59,152 bases of DNA from Hyphomicrobium sp. GTDB taxonomy: Bacteria > Pseudomonadota > Alphaproteobacteria > Rhizobiales > Hyphomicrobiaceae. Below are positions 39,794 through 49,494 of the stretch, piece after piece (position 1 is the first letter of the stretch; each line of letters starts with the position of its first letter). The stretch is taken from positions 1 to 59,152 of the forward strand of contig JANOFU010000094.1 in the NCBI GenBank assembly GCA_031413815.1, in the 5' to 3' direction. Below the pieces are notes generated by a model. That model had not been told where the DNA came from. It was given only the letters and a program-made list of their open reading frames with translations, and did no database searches. The position numbers were made by a program, and so were the translations under genes.

Positions 39794-41128
39794 TTACAGA
39801 CCACCCTGTGTTTGTCCTGGGATCCAGCTGGTGCCGGCGAGCGGGACGCGGGCCATGGCGGCGGCTTCAATCGTCAAGGCGCAGAGATCTTCAGGTTCGA
39901 GATTGTGAACGTGGTTGTGGCCGCAGGCGCGGGCAATCGTTTGCGCTTCGAGCGTCATCACCTTCAGATAATTGGCGAGGCGGCGGCCGGCGCGCACGGG
40001 ATCGAGCCGCTTGGACAGTTCCGGATCTTGCGTGGTGATGCCTGCTGGATCGCGGCCTTCGTGCCAGTCGTCATAAGCGCCGGCTGTGGTGCCAAGTGCT
40101 TGATACTCAGCTTCGAGGGCTGGATCGTTGTCGCCCAATGCGACGAGCGCTGCCGAGCCGATCGATACGGCATCGGCACCAAGCGCGAGCGCCTTGGCCA
40201 CATCCGCGCCGTTGCGAATGCCGCCGGAGACGATGAGCTGCACCTTGCGATGCATGCCGAGGTCCTGAAGCGCTTGAACGGCCGGCCGGATGCACGCCAG
40301 CGTCGGCTGGCCGACATGCTCGATGAAGACTTCCTGGGTGGCCGCCGTGCCGCCTTGCATCCCATCAACCACGACAACGTCCGCGCCCGCCTTAATGGCA
40401 AGCGCGACGTCATAGTACGGACGCGCGCCGCCGACCTTGATGAAAATCGGTTTCTGCCAGTCGGTGATTTCGCGCAGCTCAAGGATCTTGATTTCAAGAT
40501 CGTCGGGACCGGTCCAGTCGGGATGGCGGCAGGCCGAGCGTTGGTCGATCCCTTTCGGCAACGTGCGCATTTCCGCGACGCGGTCCGAGATTTTCTGGCC
40601 GAGCAGCATGCCGCCGCCGCCGGGTTTCGCACCTTGGCCGACCACCACTTCAATGCAATCAGCCTTGCGCAGGTCGTCTGGGTTCATGCCGTAGCGGGAC
40701 GGAAGATATTGATAAACCAGTATTTTAGACTGGCCGCGTTCTTCGGGTGTCATGCCGCCGTCACCCGTGGTGGTCGACGTTCCCGCCAGCGTTGCCCCGC
40801 GGCCGAGCGCCTCTTTGGCATTGGCGGACAGCGAACCGAAGCTCATGCCGGCGATGGTAATCGGGATTTTGAGTTCGACGGGCTTTTTGGCAAAGCGCGT
40901 GCCGAGCGTCACGTTGGTCGAGCACTTCTCGCGATAGCCTTCCAGCGGGTAGCGCGACATCGATGCGCCGAGGAACAGCAGATCATCGAAATGTGGAAGC
41001 TTGCGCTTCGCGCCTGCGCCGCGGATGTCGTAAATGCCAGTCGTTGCCGCACGGCGGATTTCCGACAAAGTGTAGTCGTCAAACGTCGCAGACTTGCGGG
41101 GCGTTGTCGGCGGGTTGTGATAGCTCAT
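39794..41128 (-). CDS. mgsC: N-methylglutamate synthase subunit C (FMN-dependent glutamate-synthase central-domain homologue)
   Basis: GltB FMN-domain motifs (IKVGGARP, GMQGGTAA, SGGIRNGAD). Confidence 0.8.
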   Translation of the reverse strand: MSYHNPPTTPRKSATFDDYTLSEIRRAATTGIYDIRGAGAKRKLPHFDDLLFLGASMSRYPLEGYREKCSTNVTLGTRFAKKPVELKIPITIAGMSFGSLSANAKEALGRGATLAGTSTTTGDGGMTPEERGQSKILVYQYLPSRYGMNPDDLRKADCIEVVVGQGAKPGGGGMLLGQKISDRVAEMRTLPKGIDQRSACRHPDWTGPDDLEIKILELREITDWQKPIFIKVGGARPYYDVALAIKAGADVVVVDGMQGGTAATQEVFIEHVGQPTLACIRPAVQALQDLGMHRKVQLIVSGGIRNGADVAKALALGADAVSIGSAALVALGDNDPALEAEYQALGTTAGAYDDWHEGRDPAGITTQDPELSKRLDPVRAGRRLANYLKVMTLEAQTIARACGHNHVHNLEPEDLCALTIEAAAMARVPLAGTSWIPGQTQGGL

Positions 41129-41814
41129 CAGTAAGCGTCCGCGTTGTCGATGTTGAAGGTGTAGAGTGTGCGCGCCGATCCGTAGCGCTTGAATTCGCTC
41201 GTCTTGACGTCTTTGATGCCAGCCTTGTCGAGCAAGTTGGCGAGGGCATCGTGATGCTCAGGGCGCATATCTTTCTCGATGCAATCGGCTCCTAAGCTTT
41301 TCACAGATCCGCGCACAAACAGCTTGGCTTCGTAGATGGAATCCCCAAGCGCATCACCCGCATCGCCGAGTACCACCAAGTGCCCGCTTTGAGCCATAAA
41401 TGCTGACATATGGCCGATATTGCCCCGCACGACGATATCGATGCCCTTCATCGAGATGCCGCAGCGCGAAGACGCGTTGCCTTCGATCACCAGCAATCCA
41501 CCGCGGCCCGTTGCGCCTGCGTATTGGCTTGCGTCGCCTTTAATCACCACTTGGCCAGACATCATATTTTCAGCGACGCCCGGACCAGCCGAGCCGTGCA
41601 CCGTAATGCTCGCCTTCTTATTCATGCCACCGCAATAATACCCAACGCTGCCTTTCACATTGATCTTGATCGGAGCGTCAACGCCCACAGCCACAGCGTG
41701 CTGCCCGCGCGGATTGAGGATTTCCCAATCTGGTTCGTTGGTGCCGCCGGCCTGCTGGTGCAGGTCTTGGTTGAGGTCGCGCAACGGTGTGGTTGCGAGA
41801 TCAATCGTGCGCAT
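41128..41814 (-). CDS. mgsB: N-methylglutamate synthase subunit B (GXGXG domain, glutamate synthase C-terminal-like)
   Basis: Repeated GxGxG beta-helix motifs (VGYYCGGGM ... GLLVIEGNAS ... HLVVLGDAG). Confidence 0.8.
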   Translation of the reverse strand: MRTIDLATTPLRDLNQDLHQQAGGTNEPDWEILNPRGQHAVAVGVDAPIKINVKGSVGYYCGGMNKKASITVHGSAGPGVAENMMSGQVVIKGDASQYAGATGRGGLLVIEGNASSRCGISMKGIDIVVRGNIGHMSAFMAQSGHLVVLGDAGDALGDSIYEAKLFVRGSVKSLGADCIEKDMRPEHHDALANLLDKAGIKDVKTSEFKRYGSARTLYTFNIDNADAY

Positions 41815-41816
41815 TC

Positions 41817-42713
41817 TTATCGCTCCCAGAAGTAGGCAGTCGCAGGCTCGGGCTCCCAGACCTTGGCGCGGTCAATGCCGGGAAGGCCGGCCAGCGCGCG
41901 ATATTCCGAGCCAAACGCAACGTACTGATCGGTTTCGGCCATGACGGCGGGCTTACACGCGATTGGATCGCGAATAACGCCGAAGCCGTTCTTTGTGCCA
42001 ACAACGAATGTGAAAAATCCATCGAGATCGTCGAGGCTCTTTTTGAGGGCTTCGCCAAGGTTCATGCCCTGGTTCATGCGCCATGTGAGATAGGCCGCCG
42101 CCACTTCGCTATCGTTCTCGGTCTCAAACGTCATGCCGTCGTGACGCAAATCGCGCTTCAGATTGTTGTGGTTTGACAGCGAGCCATTGTGCACGAGGCA
42201 CTGATCTGGGCCTGTCGAGAAGGGATGCGCGCCGAGCGTCGTGACAGCAGATTCGGTCGCCATACGTGTGTGGCCGATGGCGTGCGTTCCGGTCATGCTG
42301 GCGAGCCCAAACTGCTTGGACACTTCAGTGGGGTAACCGACTTCCTTGTAAATCTCGATGGCTTCGCCAGATCCCATAATTCGCACGCGGGGGTGGCCGG
42401 CCCGGAGAGCCGCGCGGGCGGCATCCAACTTTCCGGATGGCACGGTCAACACCGCATGCGTCGACTTTACGGTCAGCTTTGCGTCTGCGCCGATCGCTTT
42501 GCCGATGGACGCGTCTAAACCTGGAAAATCTGCGTCAGGCGTTGCCGACTGGACGGTGATCTTGGCTTTGCCCGTAGTGGGAGCGCCGTAGACGGCAAAG
42601 CCCGCCGAGTCCGGGCCGCGCTCGCACATCGTATTCAGCATTTCAGCAGTCAGCGCGCCGAGCCGGGGCTCGAGCGACTTGTCTTTGATAAAGAGACCCA
42701 CGATCCCGCACAT
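41817..42713 (-). CDS. mgsA: N-methylglutamate synthase subunit A (class II glutamine amidotransferase-like)
   Basis: N-terminal MCGIVGLF (Ntn Cys). GATase-2 fold. Confidence 0.8.
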   Translation of the reverse strand: MCGIVGLFIKDKSLEPRLGALTAEMLNTMCERGPDSAGFAVYGAPTTGKAKITVQSATPDADFPGLDASIGKAIGADAKLTVKSTHAVLTVPSGKLDAARAALRAGHPRVRIMGSGEAIEIYKEVGYPTEVSKQFGLASMTGTHAIGHTRMATESAVTTLGAHPFSTGPDQCLVHNGSLSNHNNLKRDLRHDGMTFETENDSEVAAAYLTWRMNQGMNLGEALKKSLDDLDGFFTFVVGTKNGFGVIRDPIACKPAVMAETDQYVAFGSEYRALAGLPGIDRAKVWEPEPATAYFWER

Positions 42714-43051
42714 AGTGTCGATGCTCCAGGACGAATTCACCAAGCATCTTTGGTATCAGGACGCCCAGCCACTTTCAACTGATAAGAATTTTTGTTTCCT
42801 GCCAGTAGATACAGACTGATGTTCTAGCGCCGAAAGCGCCAGCAACGGTCCCCTCCTGGCATCTCGCGCGGTTGCGCCCAGATCGGCCGTCTATCCGTTA
42901 GGGGTGGATGCCATCGCTATAGCCGAGCAACTGCGCACACCAAACTTGAATGAAAGCCGCTAAGTTCCGACCGCGACCGCCAAGTTGTCTGGTGCGCAAG
43001 TATGCGAACGAACTGTAACGTGGTCCAATCGTTACCCTGCACAGTGATCGA

Positions 43052-43081
43052 CCCACCCGGTTGATCTCCGGGTGGGTTTTT
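43052..43081. terminator. 9-bp GC hairpin CCCACCCGG-ttgatct-CCGGGTGGG followed by TTTTT on the plus strand, abutting the 3' end of the amt/small-ORF transcription unit
   Basis: Seen in the sequence. The U-tract is on the plus strand only, with an A-tract on the minus side, so it is possibly bidirectional. Confidence 0.4.
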
Positions 43082-43087
43082 GACGAG

Positions 43088-43303
43088 TTAGTAGCGATCA
43101 ATGGCAGACTTCGTGCGCGCCGCATCGACGTGGCCGCTCTTCTCGCGCAGTTCGGCATTCTCATGCCGGATCTGCCAGATGTGCCAGACGATCCAGAACA
43201 CGACGGCGGCCACCACCATCGCTGTTTCAGTTCCCTGGAATGGGTAGATCGCCCCAACGTCTTTGAGGTCAACTGCCCAGCTCGAATAACCTATTGTAAA
43301 CAT
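43088..43303 (-). CDS. small hypothetical membrane protein (71 aa) downstream of the Amt-family gene
   Basis: One TM helix (VVAAVVFWIVWHIW). 26-nt spacing after the amt stop. No known domain. Confidence 0.4.
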   Translation of the reverse strand: MFTIGYSSWAVDLKDVGAIYPFQGTETAMVVAAVVFWIVWHIWQIRHENAELREKSGHVDAARTKSAIDRY

Positions 43304-43329
43304 GACTGGCTCCTTGTTTCTGACTGGAC

Positions 43330-44778
43330 CTAGCGGCCGGGGCTTCTGGCCATTTCGGCACGTTCCGCTTCTTGCACTTCAGCGACTGCGGCCTCGTAGG
43401 CATCTTGGCCCACAACATCGAGCCCAGCGAGTTCTACGTCACGCGGCACCCGCAATATTCCCATCGCGTTCAAGATCCACGAAAGGATGAGGACCGGCAG
43501 GAAGCCGAGGCCGAAGAACATGATGCAGGCACCGATAAGGTTGCCCCACGGACTGATGGTTGCAAACCCTTCATACGGCGAGCTTGGTGCTCCCCAAAGT
43601 ATGAAGCCTGCGGCTACAACCCCCATGAAGCCCGTATAGCCGTGGACGGCTACAGCGCCCACAGCGTCGTCGATCTTAAACGTCCGCTCCACCCAGTAGT
43701 GCAGCTTGTAAGCGATACACGGAATAATCGCGCCAACAAACATTGCCTGGATAGGATGGTAGAGATCGTTGCCAGCCGACGCCGCGATGACACCTGCAAG
43801 ACCGAGCGAGTAGGTCCAGAACGCATCACCCCGCGAGATCACGTAGCCAGCCATCATGCCGCCTGACAGCGACATCAAGAAGTTAAACGTAATCGCGCTC
43901 AGCGTGGTCGGCGCAAGATAGATGTTGGTCGCTGTCCACGTTTCACCGGTGATTTGTCCGGCAATCGTGGCCGGGCTGATCATCGGAATGTTGCAGGCGG
44001 CATAGAAGCCCCAGAATCCTGTGTAAATCAGGAACAAACCGATCGTGACGAGCCAGGGATTATGCGGCGGGATTTCACGCGGTGTGCCATCGGGGCGGAA
44101 CTTGCCGATCCGCGGTCCGAGGACGATCAGCACCGCGAGCGCTGAGCCGCCGGCAATGGCGTGCACGACGCCCGAAGCGTAGGCATCGTGATAGCCAAGA
44201 TACTTGACCATCCAGCCCGTGGCGCTCCAGCCCCATGCAGCATCCGTGATCCACGTGCACGAGCCGACGAAGACTGCGATGATCCAGAAGGCGCCTGAGC
44301 GAATGCGCTCAATCACAGCACCTGAGATGATCGAAGCGGTCGTAATCGAGAACAGCAAGAATGCTGCCCAGAACACGCCATTGAGCCGGTGCCAGACTGC
44401 CGTGCCGTTAGCCCCATCTGCCGTGATGCCGGCCGCCGCGTCCGTTGCGTTTGCGCCAGACAGATGTGTACCCATAAGTGGGCTCCACGGCGCCGCAACC
44501 TTGTTGGCATCGTAGGGAAGAGCATCGGGAACGAAATTGAACCAATAGAAGCCGCTGGGGAACGCAAAATAAATCCACCAGCCGAAGAAGAAGAACGTGA
44601 TGGTGACCAGCGGGATCGCCATCGTATTTTTCATGAGCGTGTGCATGTGGTTGCGACGGCGGCTAACGCCGACTTCATACATGCAGAACCCCACGTGAAT
44701 GAGGAACATCATGACCACTGTGACCCAGTAGTAAAATTCGATAAAGATCGTGGTGGTCGTGTTTAGCTGATCTCCCAT
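43330..44778 (-). CDS. Amt/MEP-family transporter; in context a candidate methylammonium/methylamine permease
   Basis: Amt signature VVHAIAGGSALAVLIVLGPRIGKF. 11 TM helices. GGGGGAGA RBS before the ATG at 44778. Confidence 0.8.
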   Translation of the reverse strand: MGDQLNTTTTIFIEFYYWVTVVMMFLIHVGFCMYEVGVSRRRNHMHTLMKNTMAIPLVTITFFFFGWWIYFAFPSGFYWFNFVPDALPYDANKVAAPWSPLMGTHLSGANATDAAAGITADGANGTAVWHRLNGVFWAAFLLFSITTASIISGAVIERIRSGAFWIIAVFVGSCTWITDAAWGWSATGWMVKYLGYHDAYASGVVHAIAGGSALAVLIVLGPRIGKFRPDGTPREIPPHNPWLVTIGLFLIYTGFWGFYAACNIPMISPATIAGQITGETWTATNIYLAPTTLSAITFNFLMSLSGGMMAGYVISRGDAFWTYSLGLAGVIAASAGNDLYHPIQAMFVGAIIPCIAYKLHYWVERTFKIDDAVGAVAVHGYTGFMGVVAAGFILWGAPSSPYEGFATISPWGNLIGACIMFFGLGFLPVLILSWILNAMGILRVPRDVELAGLDVVGQDAYEAAVAEVQEAERAEMARSPGR

Positions 44779-45046
44779 AGCGTCTCCCCCGTTTATGGAG
44801 TTGCCTGACAGGCAACTCGTTTTGATGAAGGGAAAGTGTGCGTCACGGTGCCGCGAAGAGTCAAGATGGACGCACAACAATGCAACAGTTTTCCTGTTTT
44901 TTGGGCACAGTCTGAAAAGCCGCACGGATGAACCGCGACACGCACGGTTCGGGACTTGAACAAGCGGAAAATTTCTTGCATCCTAGGAAGATATCGGACC
45001 GAATGTGCCGAGTATGATTTTGCCCCCAGAACGGCCGGAGTAACTC

Positions 45047-46288
45047 ATGCCATTCGCGCTGCTGAAGTACGGGTTCAGCCGGGAGCACCCCGATGATCCG
45101 CACTTTCGCTGGAAGAGCGATCTCAAGAAGACCTACGATGTCGTGATCATCGGAGCTGGCGGTCATGGCTTGGCGGCCGCCTACTATCTGGCTGCCAATT
45201 ACGGCATCACCAACATCGCAGTGCTCGACAAGGGCTGGCTTGCGGGCGGCAACACGGCGCGCAACACAACGATTGTGCGCGCTAACTACCTGACCCAGGA
45301 AGGCGTCGCCTTTTACAAAGAGTCCGTCGGGCTGTTCCGCACGCTATCCAACGTGCTGGACATCAACGTGATGTATTCCGAGCGCGGGCACTTCACGCTC
45401 GCGCATACCGATGCGGCCATGCGCACGGCCCGTTGGCGGGCAGAAGTCAACAAGCACATGGGCGTCAATTCTGAAGTCATCGACGCCGATGACGTCAAAC
45501 GCCTGTGCCCCGTGATGAATGTGTCGGACGAGGCGCGCTATCCTGTGCTCGGCGCTCTCTATCATCCGCCGGGTGCTATTGCGCGCCACGACGCGGTCGC
45601 CTGGGGCTACGCCAAAGAGGCGATGAAACGCGGCGTTGAAGTTCATACACAAACGGAAGTCACCAAACTTCTTATTGAGGGCGGACGCGCCGTTGGCGTT
45701 GAGACCAACCGCGGAACGATCCACGCCGGCAAGGTGCTGCAAGCCGTCGCCGGATCATCCAGCGTCGTCGCCAACATGGCGGGCTTCAAGCTGCCGATCA
45801 AAACCATTCCGCTGCAGGCGTGCGTGTCTGAGCCTGTCAAACCGATCCTCGATCAGATCGTGGTGTCTGGCTCACTGCACGTCTACATCTCGCAGTCGGC
45901 GCGCGGCGAAATGGTGATGGGCGGCGCGACGGACGCGTATGGCCTCTATTCGACGCGATCGACACTCGACTTCAAAGAAAGCCTCATGGGCCATATGCTG
46001 GAACTGTTTCCGTTCATGGGCGAACTGCGCATTTTGCGGCAATGGGCTGGCATGGCCGACATGACGCCAGACTTCTCACCGGTCATGGGGCTGACGCCGA
46101 TTGAGAACTACTACATCGATGCCGGTTGGGGCACATGGGGCTTCAAAGCGACGCCGGTGTCCGGCTTGCGCATGGCCGAATGCGTTGCCACCGGACGCCA
46201 GCCCGATCTCCTGAAACCGTTCGCCTTGTCGCGCTTCTCCACGTTCGATCTCGTGGGTGAAAAAGGCGCGGCCTCGGTCGGGCATTGA
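45047..46288 (+). CDS. mgdA: sarcosine-oxidase beta-subunit family FAD oxidoreductase; in context N-methylglutamate dehydrogenase subunit
   Basis: DVVIIGAGGHGLAAAYYL dinucleotide-binding motif. SoxB-like throughout. Confidence 0.8.
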   Translation: MPFALLKYGFSREHPDDPHFRWKSDLKKTYDVVIIGAGGHGLAAAYYLAANYGITNIAVLDKGWLAGGNTARNTTIVRANYLTQEGVAFYKESVGLFRTLSNVLDINVMYSERGHFTLAHTDAAMRTARWRAEVNKHMGVNSEVIDADDVKRLCPVMNVSDEARYPVLGALYHPPGAIARHDAVAWGYAKEAMKRGVEVHTQTEVTKLLIEGGRAVGVETNRGTIHAGKVLQAVAGSSSVVANMAGFKLPIKTIPLQACVSEPVKPILDQIVVSGSLHVYISQSARGEMVMGGATDAYGLYSTRSTLDFKESLMGHMLELFPFMGELRILRQWAGMADMTPDFSPVMGLTPIENYYIDAGWGTWGFKATPVSGLRMAECVATGRQPDLLKPFALSRFSTFDLVGEKGAASVGH

Positions 46289-46301
46289 GGAGGACACCAA
46301 C

Positions 46302-46583
46302 ATGAAGATTTTGAATTGCCCTCTAAACGGTCCGCGCAACATCTCGGAATTCGTGTGGGGCGGCGAAGTCAAGACCATGCCGGACCCAGCAACCGCAACC
46401 GACGCAGAGTGGACGGACTACCTGTTCATTGAAGACAATACGGCCGGTGAAATTCACGAATGGTGGCTGCACGCACCGACCAACTATTGGTTCATCGCGC
46501 GGCGCAACAACATCAGCGACGCTGTTTTGGAGACGATGACGGTGGACACGTTCTTCGCGCGCCAGACTGGGAGTGCCGCATGA
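46302..46583 (+). CDS. mgdB: sarcosine-oxidase delta-subunit family protein
   Basis: SoxD-like 93-aa protein (MKILNCPLNGPRNISEF). GAGGAGGA RBS. Confidence 0.8.
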   Translation: MKILNCPLNGPRNISEFVWGGEVKTMPDPATATDAEWTDYLFIEDNTAGEIHEWWLHAPTNYWFIARRNNISDAVLETMTVDTFFARQTGSAA

Positions 46584-49492
46584 GTTCCCCGTCTTCGAGT
46601 CGCATCGACAAGCCTGGCTTCGGCCTTTTGATCGACCGCACAAAACCGCTGACGTTTTCGTTCGATAAACGCATTTTCAATGGCTACCAGGGCGATGTGA
46701 TCGCGTCGGCGCTTTATGCGCAGGGCCAAACGCTGCTGTCGCGATCGTTCAAGTATCACCGCCCGCGTGGGGCACTCACGATGGCGGGCCACGACGCCAA
46801 CACGCTGGTGCAAGTGGCGGAAGAGCCGAATGCGCGCGCGGATCGCTATGTGCTGTCGAACGGCCTTGCGGTGAAGTCCCTGAACTGGCTGGGATCTCTA
46901 GAGAACGATCTTTATTCCGCGATGGGGCTGTTCTCGCGCTTTCTGCCGGTCGGCTTCTATTACAAGACGTTTTATTGGCCGAACGGCGTGTGGAAGTATT
47001 TCGAAACCCCGATCCGCGTCATGGCGGGTTTGGGCAAGCTTGAGCCGCGCGCGCAGCATAAGTACTACGATAAAGAGTATCTGTTCACCGACGTTCTCGT
47101 CGTAGGCGGCGGTCCTGCTGGCCTGGAGGCCGCAATTGCGGCGGCTGAAGGCGGCGCAGACACATTGCTGATCGAAGAGTGGGCGCAGCTGGGCGGCTCG
47201 CTGCTCCATGGCCGCCTGGGCGGCAGCAGAGACGCGGCCGACGCACGCCGGGCTGAACTGATTTCCAAAGCGCGATCGCTAACGAATTTGCGGGTCATGA
47301 CCTCGACGACGGTATCGGGGTTGTTCTCTGACAATTGGGCGGCGGCCATTTCGTGCAACCGGCTCTACAAAATCCGCACCAAGCAGACGATTGTCGCGGC
47401 GGGGTCGTTCGATCAGCCGCTCGTCTTCCACAACAACGATAAGCCCGGGATCATGTTCGCCGATGCGGCCCAGCGTTTGATGCGGCTCTACGGCGTCAAG
47501 CCGGGTTCTCGCGCTGTCGTCGCAACATCGAACCGCTTTGGCTACGAAGCGGCCCTTGATCTGCTCGATGCGGGCGTTGATGTGGCAGCGATCGTCGATC
47601 TCAATACAGCCAGCGACGGCACGGCCGCCGGCGCAGTGCGGGCGCGCGGCGTCCGTATCATCTCAAATTCGACGCTGTTTGAAGCCAAGGGCGGCAACCG
47701 GGTGGAGAGCATTGGTGTCTCAAAGATTACCGGAACTGGGCAGACCTCTGGCACACTCGACTGGATCTCGTGCGATCTCGTGGTGATGAGCGTTGGGTTC
47801 GCTCCGGCTCTCAATCTGGCCAGCCACGCCGGCGCAAAAGTCGTTTACGACGATACGATCAATATGCACCGCGCTAAGGCACTGCCGGAGGGCCTTGCCG
47901 TCACGGGGACTGCTGCCAACATCTGGTCGGAGGACGCGGTGCGCGCGGATGCTCGCGCAGCGGGCACACGAGCCGCAGCTTTGGCACAAGGCAAACCGGC
48001 ACCTGATGCAACGGCGATTGGAGATGCTGAAGCCACAGTTGTCACGCATCCCTATCCAATCTTCAAAAGTGCCAAGGGTAAAGACTTTATCGACTTCGAC
48101 GAAGACCTGCAGGTCAAGGATATCGTCAATACGATCAAGGATGGCTACGACGATATTCAGCTCGTGAAGCGATACTCGACAGCCGGGTTCGGCCCCAGCC
48201 AGGGTCGCCACACCAACCTCAACACGATCCGTATCGTCGGCAAGGAGACCGGCAAGGCGCTCGAAAAAATCGGCACGACCACATACCGGCCGCCACTGGT
48301 GCCAGAGAAATTCGCGCACATGGCCGGACGCGCGTTCGAGCCCGTGCGGCTGACCGCGATGCACGGCCGGCACGTCGAACTCGGCGCGCAAATGATGCCG
48401 GCGGGCCTTTGGATGCGGCCTGCGTATTATGGTGACAGAGGCAATCCGGCCAAGTCCATTGCGGCCGAAGTCAAAGCCGTGCGAGAGAACGCCGGAATTA
48501 TCGACGTCTCAACGCTCGGCGGGCTCGATATCCGCGGACCCGACGCTGCCGCTTTTGTCGATCGCATGTACACATGGACTTATGAAAAACAGCCCGTTGG
48601 CCGCGCCCGCTACGTGGTGATGACCGATATGTCCGGCGTTATTATTGACGACGGCGTCGCCTGCCGCCTGCACGACCGGCACTTCTACGTCACGGCCACA
48701 ACCAGCGCTGTGGATCAGGTGTACCGCGCGATGACGTGGTTCAACGCGCAGTGGAAGATGGACGTCGATGTTGCCAACGTCACGGCGGCCTATGCCGGTG
48801 TGAACTTGGCTGGTCCTAAAGCGCGCGAGATCGTGCAGAAGCTCGACAGCAATATCGACTTTTCCAAGGACGCATTCCCCTACATGGGTGTTCGGACTGG
48901 CCAGATTGCGGGCATTCCCGTGCGCATTCTGCGCGTTGGGTTCGTCGGCGAAGCGGGCTACGAAATCCATTGTCCATCCGGCATGGGCGAAGCGCTGTGG
49001 GACAAGCTGATGGAGGCCGGCCAGCCCTTCGGATTGAAGCCATTCGGCGTTGAAGCCCAACGCATCCTGCGCTTGGAGAAAGGTCACGTCATTGTTGGCC
49101 AAGACACCGACGGCCTGACCAACCCGCACGAAGCCAACATGGAATGGGTGCTCGCCAAGAAGAAGCCGTTCTACGTCGGCAAGCGCTCGATCGATATGCT
49201 GGCGGCCAAGGGCATCACGCGCAAACTCGTCGGCTTTTCGGTACCCAATTCATCGGCACCTGTGCCGAAGGACTGCCATCTCGTTATCCGCAACAGTCAG
49301 ATCGTGGGCCGTATCACCTCCGTGGTGAAATCGCCGACGCTCGGCAAGTCCGTTGGTCTTGCCTACTTGCCGCCGGACATGTGCGAAACCGGGCAGCGCT
49401 TCCAGATTCGCTCGGACAATGGCGTCTTGGTGGATGCCGAGGTCGTGCCGATCCCGTTCTATGATCCCGACAATAAGCGGCAGGAGATCTGA
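46580..49492 (+). CDS. mgdC: sarcosine-oxidase alpha-subunit family protein (NAD/FAD-binding N-terminus plus GcvT-like folate-binding C-terminus)
   Basis: ATGA overlap with the delta gene. VLVVGGGPAGL motif. Aminomethyltransferase-like C-terminal domain. Confidence 0.85.
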   Translation: MSSPSSSRIDKPGFGLLIDRTKPLTFSFDKRIFNGYQGDVIASALYAQGQTLLSRSFKYHRPRGALTMAGHDANTLVQVAEEPNARADRYVLSNGLAVKSLNWLGSLENDLYSAMGLFSRFLPVGFYYKTFYWPNGVWKYFETPIRVMAGLGKLEPRAQHKYYDKEYLFTDVLVVGGGPAGLEAAIAAAEGGADTLLIEEWAQLGGSLLHGRLGGSRDAADARRAELISKARSLTNLRVMTSTTVSGLFSDNWAAAISCNRLYKIRTKQTIVAAGSFDQPLVFHNNDKPGIMFADAAQRLMRLYGVKPGSRAVVATSNRFGYEAALDLLDAGVDVAAIVDLNTASDGTAAGAVRARGVRIISNSTLFEAKGGNRVESIGVSKITGTGQTSGTLDWISCDLVVMSVGFAPALNLASHAGAKVVYDDTINMHRAKALPEGLAVTGTAANIWSEDAVRADARAAGTRAAALAQGKPAPDATAIGDAEATVVTHPYPIFKSAKGKDFIDFDEDLQVKDIVNTIKDGYDDIQLVKRYSTAGFGPSQGRHTNLNTIRIVGKETGKALEKIGTTTYRPPLVPEKFAHMAGRAFEPVRLTAMHGRHVELGAQMMPAGLWMRPAYYGDRGNPAKSIAAEVKAVRENAGIIDVSTLGGLDIRGPDAAAFVDRMYTWTYEKQPVGRARYVVMTDMSGVIIDDGVACRLHDRHFYVTATTSAVDQVYRAMTWFNAQWKMDVDVANVTAAYAGVNLAGPKAREIVQKLDSNIDFSKDAFPYMGVRTGQIAGIPVRILRVGFVGEAGYEIHCPSGMGEALWDKLMEAGQPFGLKPFGVEAQRILRLEKGHVIVGQDTDGLTNPHEANMEWVLAKKKPFYVGKRSIDMLAAKGITRKLVGFSVPNSSAPVPKDCHLVIRNSQIVGRITSVVKSPTLGKSVGLAYLPPDMCETGQRFQIRSDNGVLVDAEVVPIPFYDPDNKRQEI

Positions 49493-49494
49493 TC

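Noticed and set aside
39671-41134. 487-aa plus-strand ORF
   Set aside because: Antisense to mgsC. Its high Arg/Ala content is a high-GC shadow ORF.
42898-43272. 124-aa minus-strand ORF overlapping the small membrane ORF
   Set aside because: Overlaps the terminator hairpin and the better-supported 71-aa ORF in another frame. Low-complexity Arg/Ser-rich translation.
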